From assembly GCA_029553375.1 (NCBI GenBank), contig JAKPCH010000059.1, positions 21,426 to 85,425 on the forward strand: DNA of 64,000 nucleotides, given 5' to 3'. Within the stretch, counting starts at the first letter, position 1; each line of letters opens with the position of its first letter. This document shows, piece after piece, positions 55,420 through 64,000 of this stretch. The translations under genes and the position numbers were made by a program. Under the pieces are notes generated by a model. It searched no databases and had not been told where the DNA came from. It worked only from the letters and a program-made list of their open reading frames with translations. This DNA comes from Deltaproteobacteria bacterium (lineage in GTDB: Bacteria; Desulfobacterota; Syntrophia; Syntrophales; UBA8958).

Positions 55420-57117
55420 TTGCAGCGTAAGGGAGCCGAGATACTTATCCAGGTCCTGAAGGAGGAGGGGGTCCATACCATCTTCGGGTATCCCGGGGGT
55501 GTCCTTTTGGACATCTACGACGAGATCCACAAGGGCCACATCCGTCACATCCTCGTCCGCCACGAGCAGGGGGCCGTGCACGCGGCGGACGGTTTCGCCC
55601 GGGCCTCGGGACAGGTGGGCGTGGTCCTCGTCACCTCCGGTCCCGGTGCCTCCAACACCGTCACGGGCATCGCCAACGCCTACATGGATTCCATACCCAT
55701 CGTGGTCCTCACGGGTCAGGTGCCCACCCATCTCATCGGGACGGACGCCTTCCAGGAGGTCGACATCGTGGGCATCACCAGGCCCTGCACCAAACACAAC
55801 TTCCTGGTGAAACGGGTCGAGGAACTGGCCAAGACCCTTCACGAGGCCTTCCACATCGCCCGCTCCGGCAGGCCCGGGCCCGTCCTCGTCGACCTGCCCA
55901 AGGACGTCATGGCGGCCCAGACGGAATATACGCCCCGGCCGCCCGTCCGGGAGGAGGAGACGCCCCCCAGACCGGCCTCCAAGAAGGCCTTCTACGTCAT
56001 GGACCTCATCGCCGAGTCTTCCCGCCCCCTGATCCTCTCGGGCGGAGGCGTCATCCTGGGAAGGGCCTCCGAGGAGCTCAGGAAACTGGCCTGGCGGACC
56101 AAGATACCCGTCTCCTCGACCCTCATGGGCCTCGGGGCCTTCCCGGGAACCGATCCCCTCTGGCTGGGGATGCCGGGGATGCACGGGACCTACTACGCCA
56201 ACATGGCCATCAGCCACTGTGACCTCATGATCGCCATCGGCATGCGCTTCGACGACCGGGTGACGGGCAAGATCGACCACTTCGCCCCCCATGCCAAGAT
56301 CGTCCATGTCGACGTGGACCCGTCCTCCATCAATAAAAACGTCATGGTCCACGTCCCCATCGTCAGCGATTGCAAGAGCGCCCTCCAGAGCTTCAACGCC
56401 CTGTTGGAGCAGCAGAACTTCACGGTGGAGGACGACCAGCGGAAGGAGTGGTTCGACCAGATCGAGGCCTGGAAAAGGGAAAACCCCCTCTCCTATTGCC
56501 CGAGCGACACGGAGATCAAACCCCAGTTCGTCATCGAGACCCTCTACAAGCTCACGAAGGGGAAAGCCATCATCACCACCGAGGTCGGCCAGAACCAGAT
56601 GTGGGCCGCCCAGTTCTACAAATTCGAGGAACCCAACACCTTCCTGTCTTCCGGGGGCCTGGGGACCATGGGTTACGGATTCCCCGCCGCCATCGGGGCC
56701 CAGATCGCCTTCCCCGACAAGCTCGTCGTCGACATCGCCGGCGACGGGAGCATCCAGATGAACATCCAGGAGATGGCGACGGCCGTCCAGTACGACATCC
56801 CCGTGAAGATCGTCCTCATCAACAACGGCTACCTCGGCATGGTCCGCCAGTGGCAGCAGCTCTTCTACGAGAAGCGATACTCCCAGACGGACATGACCTT
56901 CCAGCCCGATTTTCTGAAGCTGGCCGAGGCCTACGGCTGGACGGGCCTGAGGGCGACGCGGCCCGACGAGGTGGAGGAGGTCCTCAAGCGGGGTCTCAGC
57001 GCCAAGGGGCCGGTCATCATGGACTTCCGCGTCTCCCGTGAGGAGTGCGTCTATCCCATGGTGAGGCCGGGGGGACCCATCAGCGAGATGACCCTGGGCC
57101 GAGAGATGGCCAACTGA
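55420..57117 (+). CDS. ilvB: Acetolactate synthase large subunit
   Basis: TTG start behind AGGAGG; IFGYPGG, RHEQGA, TSGPG, GDGSIQMNIQE, GMVRQWQ. Confidence 0.95.
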   Translation: MQRKGAEILIQVLKEEGVHTIFGYPGGVLLDIYDEIHKGHIRHILVRHEQGAVHAADGFARASGQVGVVLVTSGPGASNTVTGIANAYMDSIPIVVLTGQVPTHLIGTDAFQEVDIVGITRPCTKHNFLVKRVEELAKTLHEAFHIARSGRPGPVLVDLPKDVMAAQTEYTPRPPVREEETPPRPASKKAFYVMDLIAESSRPLILSGGGVILGRASEELRKLAWRTKIPVSSTLMGLGAFPGTDPLWLGMPGMHGTYYANMAISHCDLMIAIGMRFDDRVTGKIDHFAPHAKIVHVDVDPSSINKNVMVHVPIVSDCKSALQSFNALLEQQNFTVEDDQRKEWFDQIEAWKRENPLSYCPSDTEIKPQFVIETLYKLTKGKAIITTEVGQNQMWAAQFYKFEEPNTFLSSGGLGTMGYGFPAAIGAQIAFPDKLVVDIAGDGSIQMNIQEMATAVQYDIPVKIVLINNGYLGMVRQWQQLFYEKRYSQTDMTFQPDFLKLAEAYGWTGLRATRPDEVEEVLKRGLSAKGPVIMDFRVSREECVYPMVRPGGPISEMTLGREMAN

Positions 57118-57180
57118 CTTAACGGGATATGACCCGGTGAATGAGGAAAGATACAGAACGGGAGGAGGCAACGAGAGGCA

Positions 57181-57666
57181 ATGGAAAAAAAGGCACACAC
57201 CCTGGCGTTGACGGTGAGCAACAAACCGGACGTCCTGGCCCGGGTGGCCGGGGTCCTCGGCGGCCGGGGGTACAACATCGAGACCCTATGCGTGGACGCG
57301 ACGATCGACCCGGCGTACTCGAAGATCATCCTGACGACCATCCAGGACAAGACGACGATGACCAAGATCGAAAAGCAGCTCATCAAACTCATCGACGTCC
57401 ACAAGGTCACGGACCTCACCAAGGTCGAGTCCGTGTCCCGGGAAATGATGCTCGTGCGGATGAAACTGACGGACAAGAACAAGGCCGACATCGCCCTCAT
57501 CATCGACACCTTCAACGGGCGCGTGGTGACCATGAACGGCGATCACTGCGTCCTCGAGATCACGGGCGAGAAGGAGGTCATTGAGAGGGCCCTGGCGAGT
57601 CTGAAACCCCTGGGGATCGACGACATGGCCAGGACAGGGATCGTGGCCCTGGAGAGGCAGGCCTGA
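57181..57666 (+). CDS. ilvN: Acetolactate synthase small subunit
   Basis: ACT domain NKPDVLARV..RGYNIETL, KQLIKLIDV, ARTG. Confidence 0.92.
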   Translation: MEKKAHTLALTVSNKPDVLARVAGVLGGRGYNIETLCVDATIDPAYSKIILTTIQDKTTMTKIEKQLIKLIDVHKVTDLTKVESVSREMMLVRMKLTDKNKADIALIIDTFNGRVVTMNGDHCVLEITGEKEVIERALASLKPLGIDDMARTGIVALERQA

Positions 57667-57688
57667 AAAAAAGGAGGAGGAGGGAGTT

Positions 57689-58738
57689 ATGGCGAAATTG
57701 AATATCGGCGGTGTGATCGAGGACGTGATCACGGCGGAAGAGTTCACCCTCGACAAGGCCCGGGAGGTCCTCAAGGACGAGATCGTGGCCGTCGTGGGCT
57801 ACGGGGTCCAGGGACGGGGCCAGGCCCTGAACATGAGGGACAACGGCATAAGGGTAATCGTGGGCGAAGGCCCCTACAACTGGCAGAAGGCCATCGACGA
57901 AGGCTTCGTCCCCGGCCAGACCCTCTTTCCCCCCATGGAGGCGGCCGAGCGGGGCACCATCGTCCAGTACCTCCTTTCCGACGCCCAGCAGAAGGCCATG
58001 TGGCCGGAGTTGAAGAAGACCCTGACGAAGGGGAAGGCCCTCTACTTCTCCCATGGTTTCTCCATAGTTTACAAGGACCAGACGGGTGTCATCCCCCCAC
58101 CGGACATCGACGTGATCCTCGTTGCCCCCAAGGGGGCCGGACGGACCGTGCGGGACAATTTCCTTGCCGGCAGCGGGATCAATTCCAGCTATGCCGTTTT
58201 CCAGGACGCCACGGGCCGGGCCCTGGAGCGGACCCTGGCCGTGGGCGTGGCCATCGGTTCAGGCTACCTCTTCCCCACGACCTTCGAGATGGAGGTGTAC
58301 AGCGACCTCACGGGCGAGCGGGGGGTCCTGATGGGCTGTCTCGCCGGCGTCCTCGAGGCCCAGTACAACGAGCTGCGCCGCCGGGGCCACAGCCCCAGCG
58401 AGGCCTTCAACGAGACCGTGGAGGAGCTCACCCAGAGTCTCATGCCCCTCGTCGCCGAGAACGGTATGGACTGGATGTACGCCAACTGCAGCACCACGGC
58501 CCAGCGCGGGGCCCTGGACTGGAAGAACCGTTTCCGGGACGCCGTGGCGCCCCTGTTTAAGGAGCTTTACGATCGCGTGGCGGCGGGCAAGGAGACGGAG
58601 ATCGTCCTCAAGGCCGGGGCGGCCGAGGATTACCGCGACACCCTCCAGAAAGAGTTGGACGAGATGCGAAACAGCGAGATGTGGCAGGCCGGGGCCGTTC
58701 TCAGGTCCCTGCGGCCCGAGCGGCGCAAGAAGGGATAG
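57689..58738 (+). CDS. ilvC: Ketol-acid reductoisomerase
   Basis: GYGVQG, FSHGF, VAPKG, SDLTGERG, CSTTAQRG. Confidence 0.93.
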   Translation: MAKLNIGGVIEDVITAEEFTLDKAREVLKDEIVAVVGYGVQGRGQALNMRDNGIRVIVGEGPYNWQKAIDEGFVPGQTLFPPMEAAERGTIVQYLLSDAQQKAMWPELKKTLTKGKALYFSHGFSIVYKDQTGVIPPPDIDVILVAPKGAGRTVRDNFLAGSGINSSYAVFQDATGRALERTLAVGVAIGSGYLFPTTFEMEVYSDLTGERGVLMGCLAGVLEAQYNELRRRGHSPSEAFNETVEELTQSLMPLVAENGMDWMYANCSTTAQRGALDWKNRFRDAVAPLFKELYDRVAAGKETEIVLKAGAAEDYRDTLQKELDEMRNSEMWQAGAVLRSLRPERRKKG

Positions 58739-58809
58739 ACTCCGGAAGATCTTGAATTGAAGGACCTTTTTGTGTTACCGAGGAGCAATCGTTCCTTAAG
58801 GAGGGAGAG

Positions 58810-60471
58810 ATGCGCAGCGATTTGATCATCAAGGGTCTGGAACGGGCACCCCACCGTTCTCTCTTCAAGGCCATGGGTTACACGGACGAGGAGTTGAGCC
58901 GACCCCTCGTGGGGGTATGTAACTCCTTCAACGAGATCATCCCCGGTCATGTCCATCTGCGGACCATCACGGAAGACGTCAAGGCGGGGGTGAGGATGGC
59001 GGGGGGCACACCCGTCGAGTTCCCCGTCATCGGGATCTGCGACGGTATCGCCATGGGCCACGTGGGGATGAAGTACTCCCTGGCGAGCCGGGAACTCATC
59101 GCCGACTCCATCGAGTCCATGGTCATGGCCCACCCCTTCGACGCCCTCGTCATGGTGACGAACTGCGACAAGATCGTCCCCGGGATGCTCATGGCGATTC
59201 TGCGCCTGAACATCCCCGCCGTCGTCGTCAGTGGCGGGCCCATGATGGCGGGGCGACACAAGGGCCAGCCCGTGGATCTCATCAGCGTCTTCGAGGGGGT
59301 GGGGAAGGTCAAGGCCAAGAAGATCTCCATGCGGGAACTCAAGGCCATCGAGGACTGCGCCTGTCCGGGTTGCGGTTCCTGCTCGGGGATGTACACGGCC
59401 AATTCCATGAACTGCGTCACCGAGGCCCTGGGGCTGGGCCTGCCCGGTAACGGCACCATCCCCGCCGTGACCGCCGCCCGGCGGCGCCTGGCGAAAGAGG
59501 CGGGAATGGCCGTCATGAACCTCCTGAAGAAGGGCATCAGACCCCGCGACATCGCCACCCTCCAGGCCTTCCGCAACGCCGTGGCCGTGGACATGGCCCT
59601 GGGCTGTTCCACCAACACGGTCCTCCACATCCCCGCCGTCGCCCACGAGGCCGGGATCACCATCGACCTGGAGATCTTCAACGAGATCAGCAAGAAGACC
59701 CCCAACCTCTGCAAGCTGAGTCCCGCCAGCACCCATCACCTCGAGGACCTCGACGCGGCGGGGGGCGTCCCGGCGGTCATGAAGAGGATCTCCGCCCTCG
59801 GCGTCATCGACGGGACCTGCATGACAGTCACGGGCCGGACGGTGGGGGAAAACATCAAGAATGCCTCCGTCCTGGACGAGACGGTCATCAGGCCCCTCGA
59901 AGACCCGTACCTGAAGGAAGGGGGCCTGGCCATCCTCCGGGGCAACCTGGCCCCGGACGGCTGCGTGGTCAAACAATCCGCCGTGGCGGAGAATATGCTC
60001 GTCAACGAGGGCCCGGCCCGGGTCTTCGACTCGGAGGACGAGGCCATCGAGGCCATCCTGGGCGGCCGGATCAAGGCGGGGGACGTCGTCGTCATCCGTT
60101 ACGAGGGGCCGAAGGGCGGTCCCGGGATGAGGGAGATGCTCGCCCCCACCTCGGCCATCGCCGGCATGGGTCTCGACACGACGGTGGCCCTCCTCACGGA
60201 CGGCCGGTTCAGCGGCGGCACCCGCGGCGCCGCCATCGGTCACATCTCCCCAGAGGCGGCGGAGGGCGGTCCCATCGCCCTGGTGAGGGAGGGAGATCTG
60301 ATCGCCATCGACATCCCCGCCCAGACCATCACCCTGAAGGTCTCGGAGGGGGAGCTGAAGAAGAGGAAGAAGGAACTCAAACCCTTCAAGCCCTCCATCT
60401 CCAACGGCTACCTGGCCAGGTACGCCCGCCTGGTGACCTCGGCGAGCACGGGGGCCGTGTTCAAGGACTGA
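58810..60471 (+). CDS. ilvD: Dihydroxy-acid dehydratase
   Basis: [41 protein letters not shown]. Confidence 0.96.
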   Translation: MRSDLIIKGLERAPHRSLFKAMGYTDEELSRPLVGVCNSFNEIIPGHVHLRTITEDVKAGVRMAGGTPVEFPVIGICDGIAMGHVGMKYSLASRELIADSIESMVMAHPFDALVMVTNCDKIVPGMLMAILRLNIPAVVVSGGPMMAGRHKGQPVDLISVFEGVGKVKAKKISMRELKAIEDCACPGCGSCSGMYTANSMNCVTEALGLGLPGNGTIPAVTAARRRLAKEAGMAVMNLLKKGIRPRDIATLQAFRNAVAVDMALGCSTNTVLHIPAVAHEAGITIDLEIFNEISKKTPNLCKLSPASTHHLEDLDAAGGVPAVMKRISALGVIDGTCMTVTGRTVGENIKNASVLDETVIRPLEDPYLKEGGLAILRGNLAPDGCVVKQSAVAENMLVNEGPARVFDSEDEAIEAILGGRIKAGDVVVIRYEGPKGGPGMREMLAPTSAIAGMGLDTTVALLTDGRFSGGTRGAAIGHISPEAAEGGPIALVREGDLIAIDIPAQTITLKVSEGELKKRKKELKPFKPSISNGYLARYARLVTSASTGAVFKD

Positions 60472-60486
60472 AGGGCCGGTTCCGCG

Positions 60487-60856
60487 ATGGCAAGGGACGT
60501 GAAGGCCGTCGTCGCCGAGACCGTTTCCCTCTACCACAGGGCCTTCTCTTCCCTCCCGACGCCCTGGGAGGCGGCCCTGGAGGAGGTCTGGCCGGAACTC
60601 TCAGACCTGTGCCATCATGGATAAACTCCTGCGTCTACCCCTCGAATCCCTTTACGAAGGGGATCGGGCGGATCTCCTCGCCGCCCTCGGTGAACTACAG
60701 GGGCTTTTGGGGAGGATCGAGGGTCGCGACGGGGGAGGCGCGCCCACGGTCCCCGGCGAAGAACTCATGGGGGCGATCAGGGATACGACGGGCCGTCTCC
60801 GCCGGACCACGGGGAAATGGGGCCCCGTCCTGAGTTTTATGTACGGGGAGGTTTAG
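60487..60856 (+). pseudogene. Probably one ~120-aa hypothetical gene split by a frameshift near 60610
   Basis: ORF 60487-60624 (45 aa) overlaps ORF 60617-60856 in the +1 frame; no clear RBS for the second. Confidence 0.35.
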
Positions 60857-60869
60857 ACCGGGGGGAGAT

Positions 60870-61355
60870 ATGGCCTCTCAGAAGAGGTTGCCGGTGACGC
60901 CGGCAATCCGCATGCTGAGGGAGAGGGGCGAGGACTTCATCCTCCGTCCCTACCGCTACGAGGAGCGGGGCGGGACGAAGGCGTCGGCCCGGGAACTGGG
61001 CGTGGACGAACACATCGTCGTCAAGACCCTGGTGATGGAGGACGATCAAGGCCGGCCCCTCATCGTCCTCATGCACGGGGACCGTCAGGTCTCGACGAAG
61101 AACCTGGCCCGTATCCTGGGCGTGAAGGCCGTAAATCCCTGCGACCCAAAAGTGGCGGAGAAGCACACGGGCTACAAGGTGGGCGGCACCTCACCCTTCG
61201 GCACCCGGCGGGCCATGCCGGTCTATGTCGAAGAGACCATCCTCTCCCTCCCCGTCATCCTCATCAACGCGGGGGGGAGGGGCCTCCTCATGGAGATCCC
61301 GCCCGCGGCCCTGGTGCGGCTCTTGAACCCGACGCCCGTGAACGTGGCCGTTTAG
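60870..61355 (+). CDS. ybaK: YbaK/ProXp aminoacyl-tRNA deacylase
   Basis: VKTLV, TGYKVGGTSPFG, INAGGRG. Confidence 0.88.
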   Translation: MASQKRLPVTPAIRMLRERGEDFILRPYRYEERGGTKASARELGVDEHIVVKTLVMEDDQGRPLIVLMHGDRQVSTKNLARILGVKAVNPCDPKVAEKHTGYKVGGTSPFGTRRAMPVYVEETILSLPVILINAGGRGLLMEIPPAALVRLLNPTPVNVAV

Positions 61356-61364
61356 GAGCCAGAC

Positions 61365-61925
61365 ATGGACAAGGATCACCTCATCGTCCGTTGCGCCCAC
61401 TGCGGGACAAAGAACCGTATCCCCAAAGAGCGCATCAACGACCGCCCCACCTGCGGCAAGTGCGGCGCCGCCCTCGACGAGATCATCATCCGTTGCCTCC
61501 ACTGCGGCACGAAAAACCGCGTCCCCGAGAAACGCCCCCACGACCGGCCCCTCTGCGGCAAGTGCGGCTCCCCCCTCGTCGTCACGGGCGACAAAGGGGA
61601 GCCCCTGGAAGTGACGGACGCCTCCTTCCTCCGGGAGGTCCTCCAGGAACCGGGGGCCGTTCTGGTGGATTTCTGGGCCCCCTGGTGCGCCCCCTGCCGG
61701 ACCGTGGCCCCCGTCATCGAGGAACTGGCGGCCCGCTACGTCGGGGGGGTGAAATTCGTCAAGATCAACGTGGACGAAAACCCCGTTACGGCGTCCCGTT
61801 ACGACATTAGGAGCATCCCGACGATGCTCCTCTTCCGCGGCGGGGAACTGAGGGACCGCCTCGTGGGGGCCCTCCCGGCGGAGGAGATCGAGGAACACCT
61901 CCTGACCCTCATCAAGACAAACTGA
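61365..61925 (+). CDS. Thioredoxin with two N-terminal zinc ribbons (TrxC-like)
   Basis: Two copies of CxxC-N16-CxxC, then DFWAPWCAPC and SIPT. Confidence 0.9.
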   Translation: MDKDHLIVRCAHCGTKNRIPKERINDRPTCGKCGAALDEIIIRCLHCGTKNRVPEKRPHDRPLCGKCGSPLVVTGDKGEPLEVTDASFLREVLQEPGAVLVDFWAPWCAPCRTVAPVIEELAARYVGGVKFVKINVDENPVTASRYDIRSIPTMLLFRGGELRDRLVGALPAEEIEEHLLTLIKTN

Positions 61926-61938
61926 AAGGAATCCCCCG

Positions 61939-62481
61939 GTGGCCCAAAACCGCACCCCCGTCTATACCTGCCGTATCTTCAAGGTCTTCGAAGAGGACGT
62001 TGACCTCCCCAACGGCCGGGTGAGCCGCCAAAGCTGGATCGATCACCGCCCCTGCATTGCCGTCGTTCCCGTGGCCCCCGACGGGAGGATCATCCTCATC
62101 CGCCAGTACCGGCACCCCACCGGGGGGGCCCTTATCGAGATCCCCGCGGGGAGCATCGACGTGGGAGAAACCTCCGTCGAGGCCTGCGTCCAGAGGGAAC
62201 TGGCGGAAGAGACGGGATACCAGGCCGGGAGGCTGGAGAAGCTCTTCGAGGGCTACCTCCTGCCCGGTTACGGCAACGAATACATGTATTTCTACCTGGC
62301 CACGGACTTGGTCAGGGCGCCCCTCCCCCCCGACGAGGACGAGGACATCGCCTGCTGCAGCGTCACGGCGGCGGAGGCGCGGGCCATGCTCAGGGCCGGT
62401 GAGATCCGGGACGTCAAGACCGCCCTGGGCCTGACCCTCGCCCTGGCGAGACTGGAGGGGAACACGCCCTGGGGAGAGTGA
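61939..62481 (+). CDS. NUDIX hydrolase (ADP-ribose pyrophosphatase-like)
   Basis: RQYR, EIPAG, QRELAEETG Nudix box. Confidence 0.9.
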   Translation: MAQNRTPVYTCRIFKVFEEDVDLPNGRVSRQSWIDHRPCIAVVPVAPDGRIILIRQYRHPTGGALIEIPAGSIDVGETSVEACVQRELAEETGYQAGRLEKLFEGYLLPGYGNEYMYFYLATDLVRAPLPPDEDEDIACCSVTAAEARAMLRAGEIRDVKTALGLTLALARLEGNTPWGE

Positions 62482-62490
62482 CCTCCCCTA

Positions 62491-63015
62491 TCAGCGCAGG
62501 AGCCTCTCCCTCCTCTGGAGCTCGATCTCCAGCCTCTTGAGCTGTTCGATATTCCTCCTCAGCTCCTCGTTCTCGACCCGCAGCCTCTCCAGCTCGGCGG
62601 CGTTGTTGCGTTTTCTTTCCTCCTCGGCGAGGCGGCCCCTGAGGTTCCCCGCCTCCTTCCGGGCCTCCGCGGCGGCCTCCCTTGCCGCCCCCAGGGCCGC
62701 CTCCAAATCCGCCGCCTGCCGCCGGGACCGTTCAACCTCGTCGATGAGGCGCACGAAGGCCTCGGCAAAAGGGCGCCACTTGCTCTGCGGGTAGCGTTCC
62801 ACAAGGGTGGTGAAGGCCTGACGGGCCTGGGCGTAGTCCCTGACGTTCCCCTTCATCCCGAGCCAATCGCACCCGGTTTCGAAAAGGGCCGCATCGGAAC
62901 GGAGGACGATCTCCAGGGAGCCGGGCGGCGGGGGGGGCGGCTTGGGTCCCGAGGCGCAGGAGGAGAGGGCGAGGGCGAACAGGACGGCCGCGCCTATGAC
63001 GGAGAGTTTTCTCAC
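62491..63015 (-). CDS. Lipoprotein with helical/coiled-coil region
   Basis: GTG start overlapping the DGC stop; LALSSC lipobox, YPQSKW, C-terminal coiled coil. Confidence 0.7.
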   Translation of the reverse strand: MRKLSVIGAAVLFALALSSCASGPKPPPPPPGSLEIVLRSDAALFETGCDWLGMKGNVRDYAQARQAFTTLVERYPQSKWRPFAEAFVRLIDEVERSRRQAADLEAALGAAREAAAEARKEAGNLRGRLAEEERKRNNAAELERLRVENEELRRNIEQLKRLEIELQRRERLLR

Positions 63016-64000
63016 GATGCCCCGTCCATCTCTTCCTTCGTGACCACGTTGCTCCCCGCCAGGGTCTTTCCGTAATTCTTCACCTCCGCCGCCATCTTCG
63101 CCATCTCCAGGGGATTGGCGTACGTCAGGCCGTCCCCCGTGACGACGGAAACGGTAACGGACAGAAGGGGGAAGGAGCGCTCGTTGCCCTGACGGTCCCG
63201 GGAGACGATGCAACCTCTCCGGCGGTCCTCCTCGTTGAGGAAGGCGGGGATGCGGCGGTCGAATTCCCTGACGAGCCTTTCGCCGACGGCCCGGCCCCGT
63301 TCGGGGTCGCCGATGATAATGAAGTCGTCACCCCCGATATGGCCGATGAACATGTCCTCCCCCCCCAGTTCCGCCGCCGCCTCGGTCATGATCTTGGCCA
63401 CCTCCTTTATCACCTCGCTCCCCCAGGCGTAGCCGTAGTTGTCGGCGAAGGCCTTAAAGTTGTCGAGATCGACGTGGCACAAGGCGAAGACCCGTCCCGA
63501 GGCGAGCCTCTTGTCGATCTCCTCCTCGATGGCCCGGTTGCCCGGGAGGCCCGTGAGGGGACTCGCGTCGAGGCGGAGGGCCTCCAGTTCCTTGAGGCGC
63601 TTCATCATGACGTTGAAGGATTGGCCGAGGCTCCCGATCTCGTCCCCCCGCTCCAGGGTAACCGTCTCGTCGAAACGGCCCTCGGCGACGAGACCCGTGG
63701 CCTTCTCCAGGCGTCTCAATGGGACGGAGATGTCGAGGGTGATGAGGACCGCCAAGAGGACGCCGACGGCGAGGGCGGCGGCCGTCAGGGCCATGGTCAC
63801 CCGGGCGGCGCGCAGTGTCTCCGCGTTGATCTCGCCGAGGCGGGCGTCGATGGTCCTCTCCATCTTTCTCTGGACGGCCCGCACACCGGAGGTCATGGCC
63901 TCCAGGATCTTCCGGCCCTCTTCCGAGGAGGCACGCGCCGCCTCCTCCGGCCGTCCTTGGGCGATCATTTCCTGTTCCATCGCGAAGAGGCCGTCGTAGC
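63012..64000 (-). CDS. Membrane HAMP-GGDEF diguanylate cyclase, 5' end outside the window
   Basis: TM, HAMP (DEIGSLGQSFN), DASPLTGLPGN, DLDNFK, HIGGDDF. Confidence 0.88.
   Translation of the reverse strand, partial: YDGLFAMEQEMIAQGRPEEAARASSEEGRKILEAMTSGVRAVQRKMERTIDARLGEINAETLRAARVTMALTAAALAVGVLLAVLITLDISVPLRRLEKATGLVAEGRFDETVTLERGDEIGSLGQSFNVMMKRLKELEALRLDASPLTGLPGNRAIEEEIDKRLASGRVFALCHVDLDNFKAFADNYGYAWGSEVIKEVAKIMTEAAAELGGEDMFIGHIGGDDFIIIGDPERGRAVGERLVREFDRRIPAFLNEEDRRRGCIVSRDRQGNERSFPLLSVTVSVVTGDGLTYANPLEMAKMAAEVKNYGKTLAGSNVVTKEEMDGAS

Noticed and set aside
1-64000. CRISPR arrays, IS elements, integrases, prophage, rRNA and tRNA
   Set aside because: No regularly spaced repeats, transposase or integrase motifs, or RNA-gene signatures seen by eye; a covariance-model scan would be needed to exclude small RNAs

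Overview
GC-rich bacterial chromosomal window with dense coding and no rRNA, tRNA, CRISPR array or mobile element that I could support. Gene content fits an anaerobic Deltaproteobacterium/Desulfobacterota-like, possibly syntrophic, organism (inference). Blocks in order: (1) an Orange-protein (ORP)-like cluster with three NifB/NifX proteins, two Fe-S MinD-like ATPases, Mrp and TrmO, under a sigma54 promoter with an OrpR-like activator and an enhancer array; (2) a partner-switching module of an orphan THI5-like binding protein, a Cache-HAMP-PP2C phosphatase, RsbW and RsbV; (3) TetR-EmrAB-TolC efflux and PolX; (4) an acyl-CoA radical-chemistry region with a B12 mutase carrying isobutyryl-CoA-mutase residues (plus MeaB, CobO), a divergent 4-hydroxybutyryl-CoA-dehydratase-like gene, a CoA-disulfide-reductase/NADH-oxidase-like gene whose catalytic Cys codon is an in-frame UGA followed by a SECIS-like hairpin (selenoprotein truncated by the ORF track), a divergent MtnA paralog and a GctAB-like CoA-transferase; (5) housekeeping gatCAB, mtnA, tat, PBP1A, ftsH; (6) ilvBNCD preceded by an unannotated Val/Ile-rich leader peptide and a two-terminator attenuator; (7) ybaK, a double-zinc-ribbon thioredoxin, NUDIX and a partial diguanylate cyclase. 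All calls come from reading motifs by eye; no database search or folding program was run, and many start codons were re-assigned by hand.
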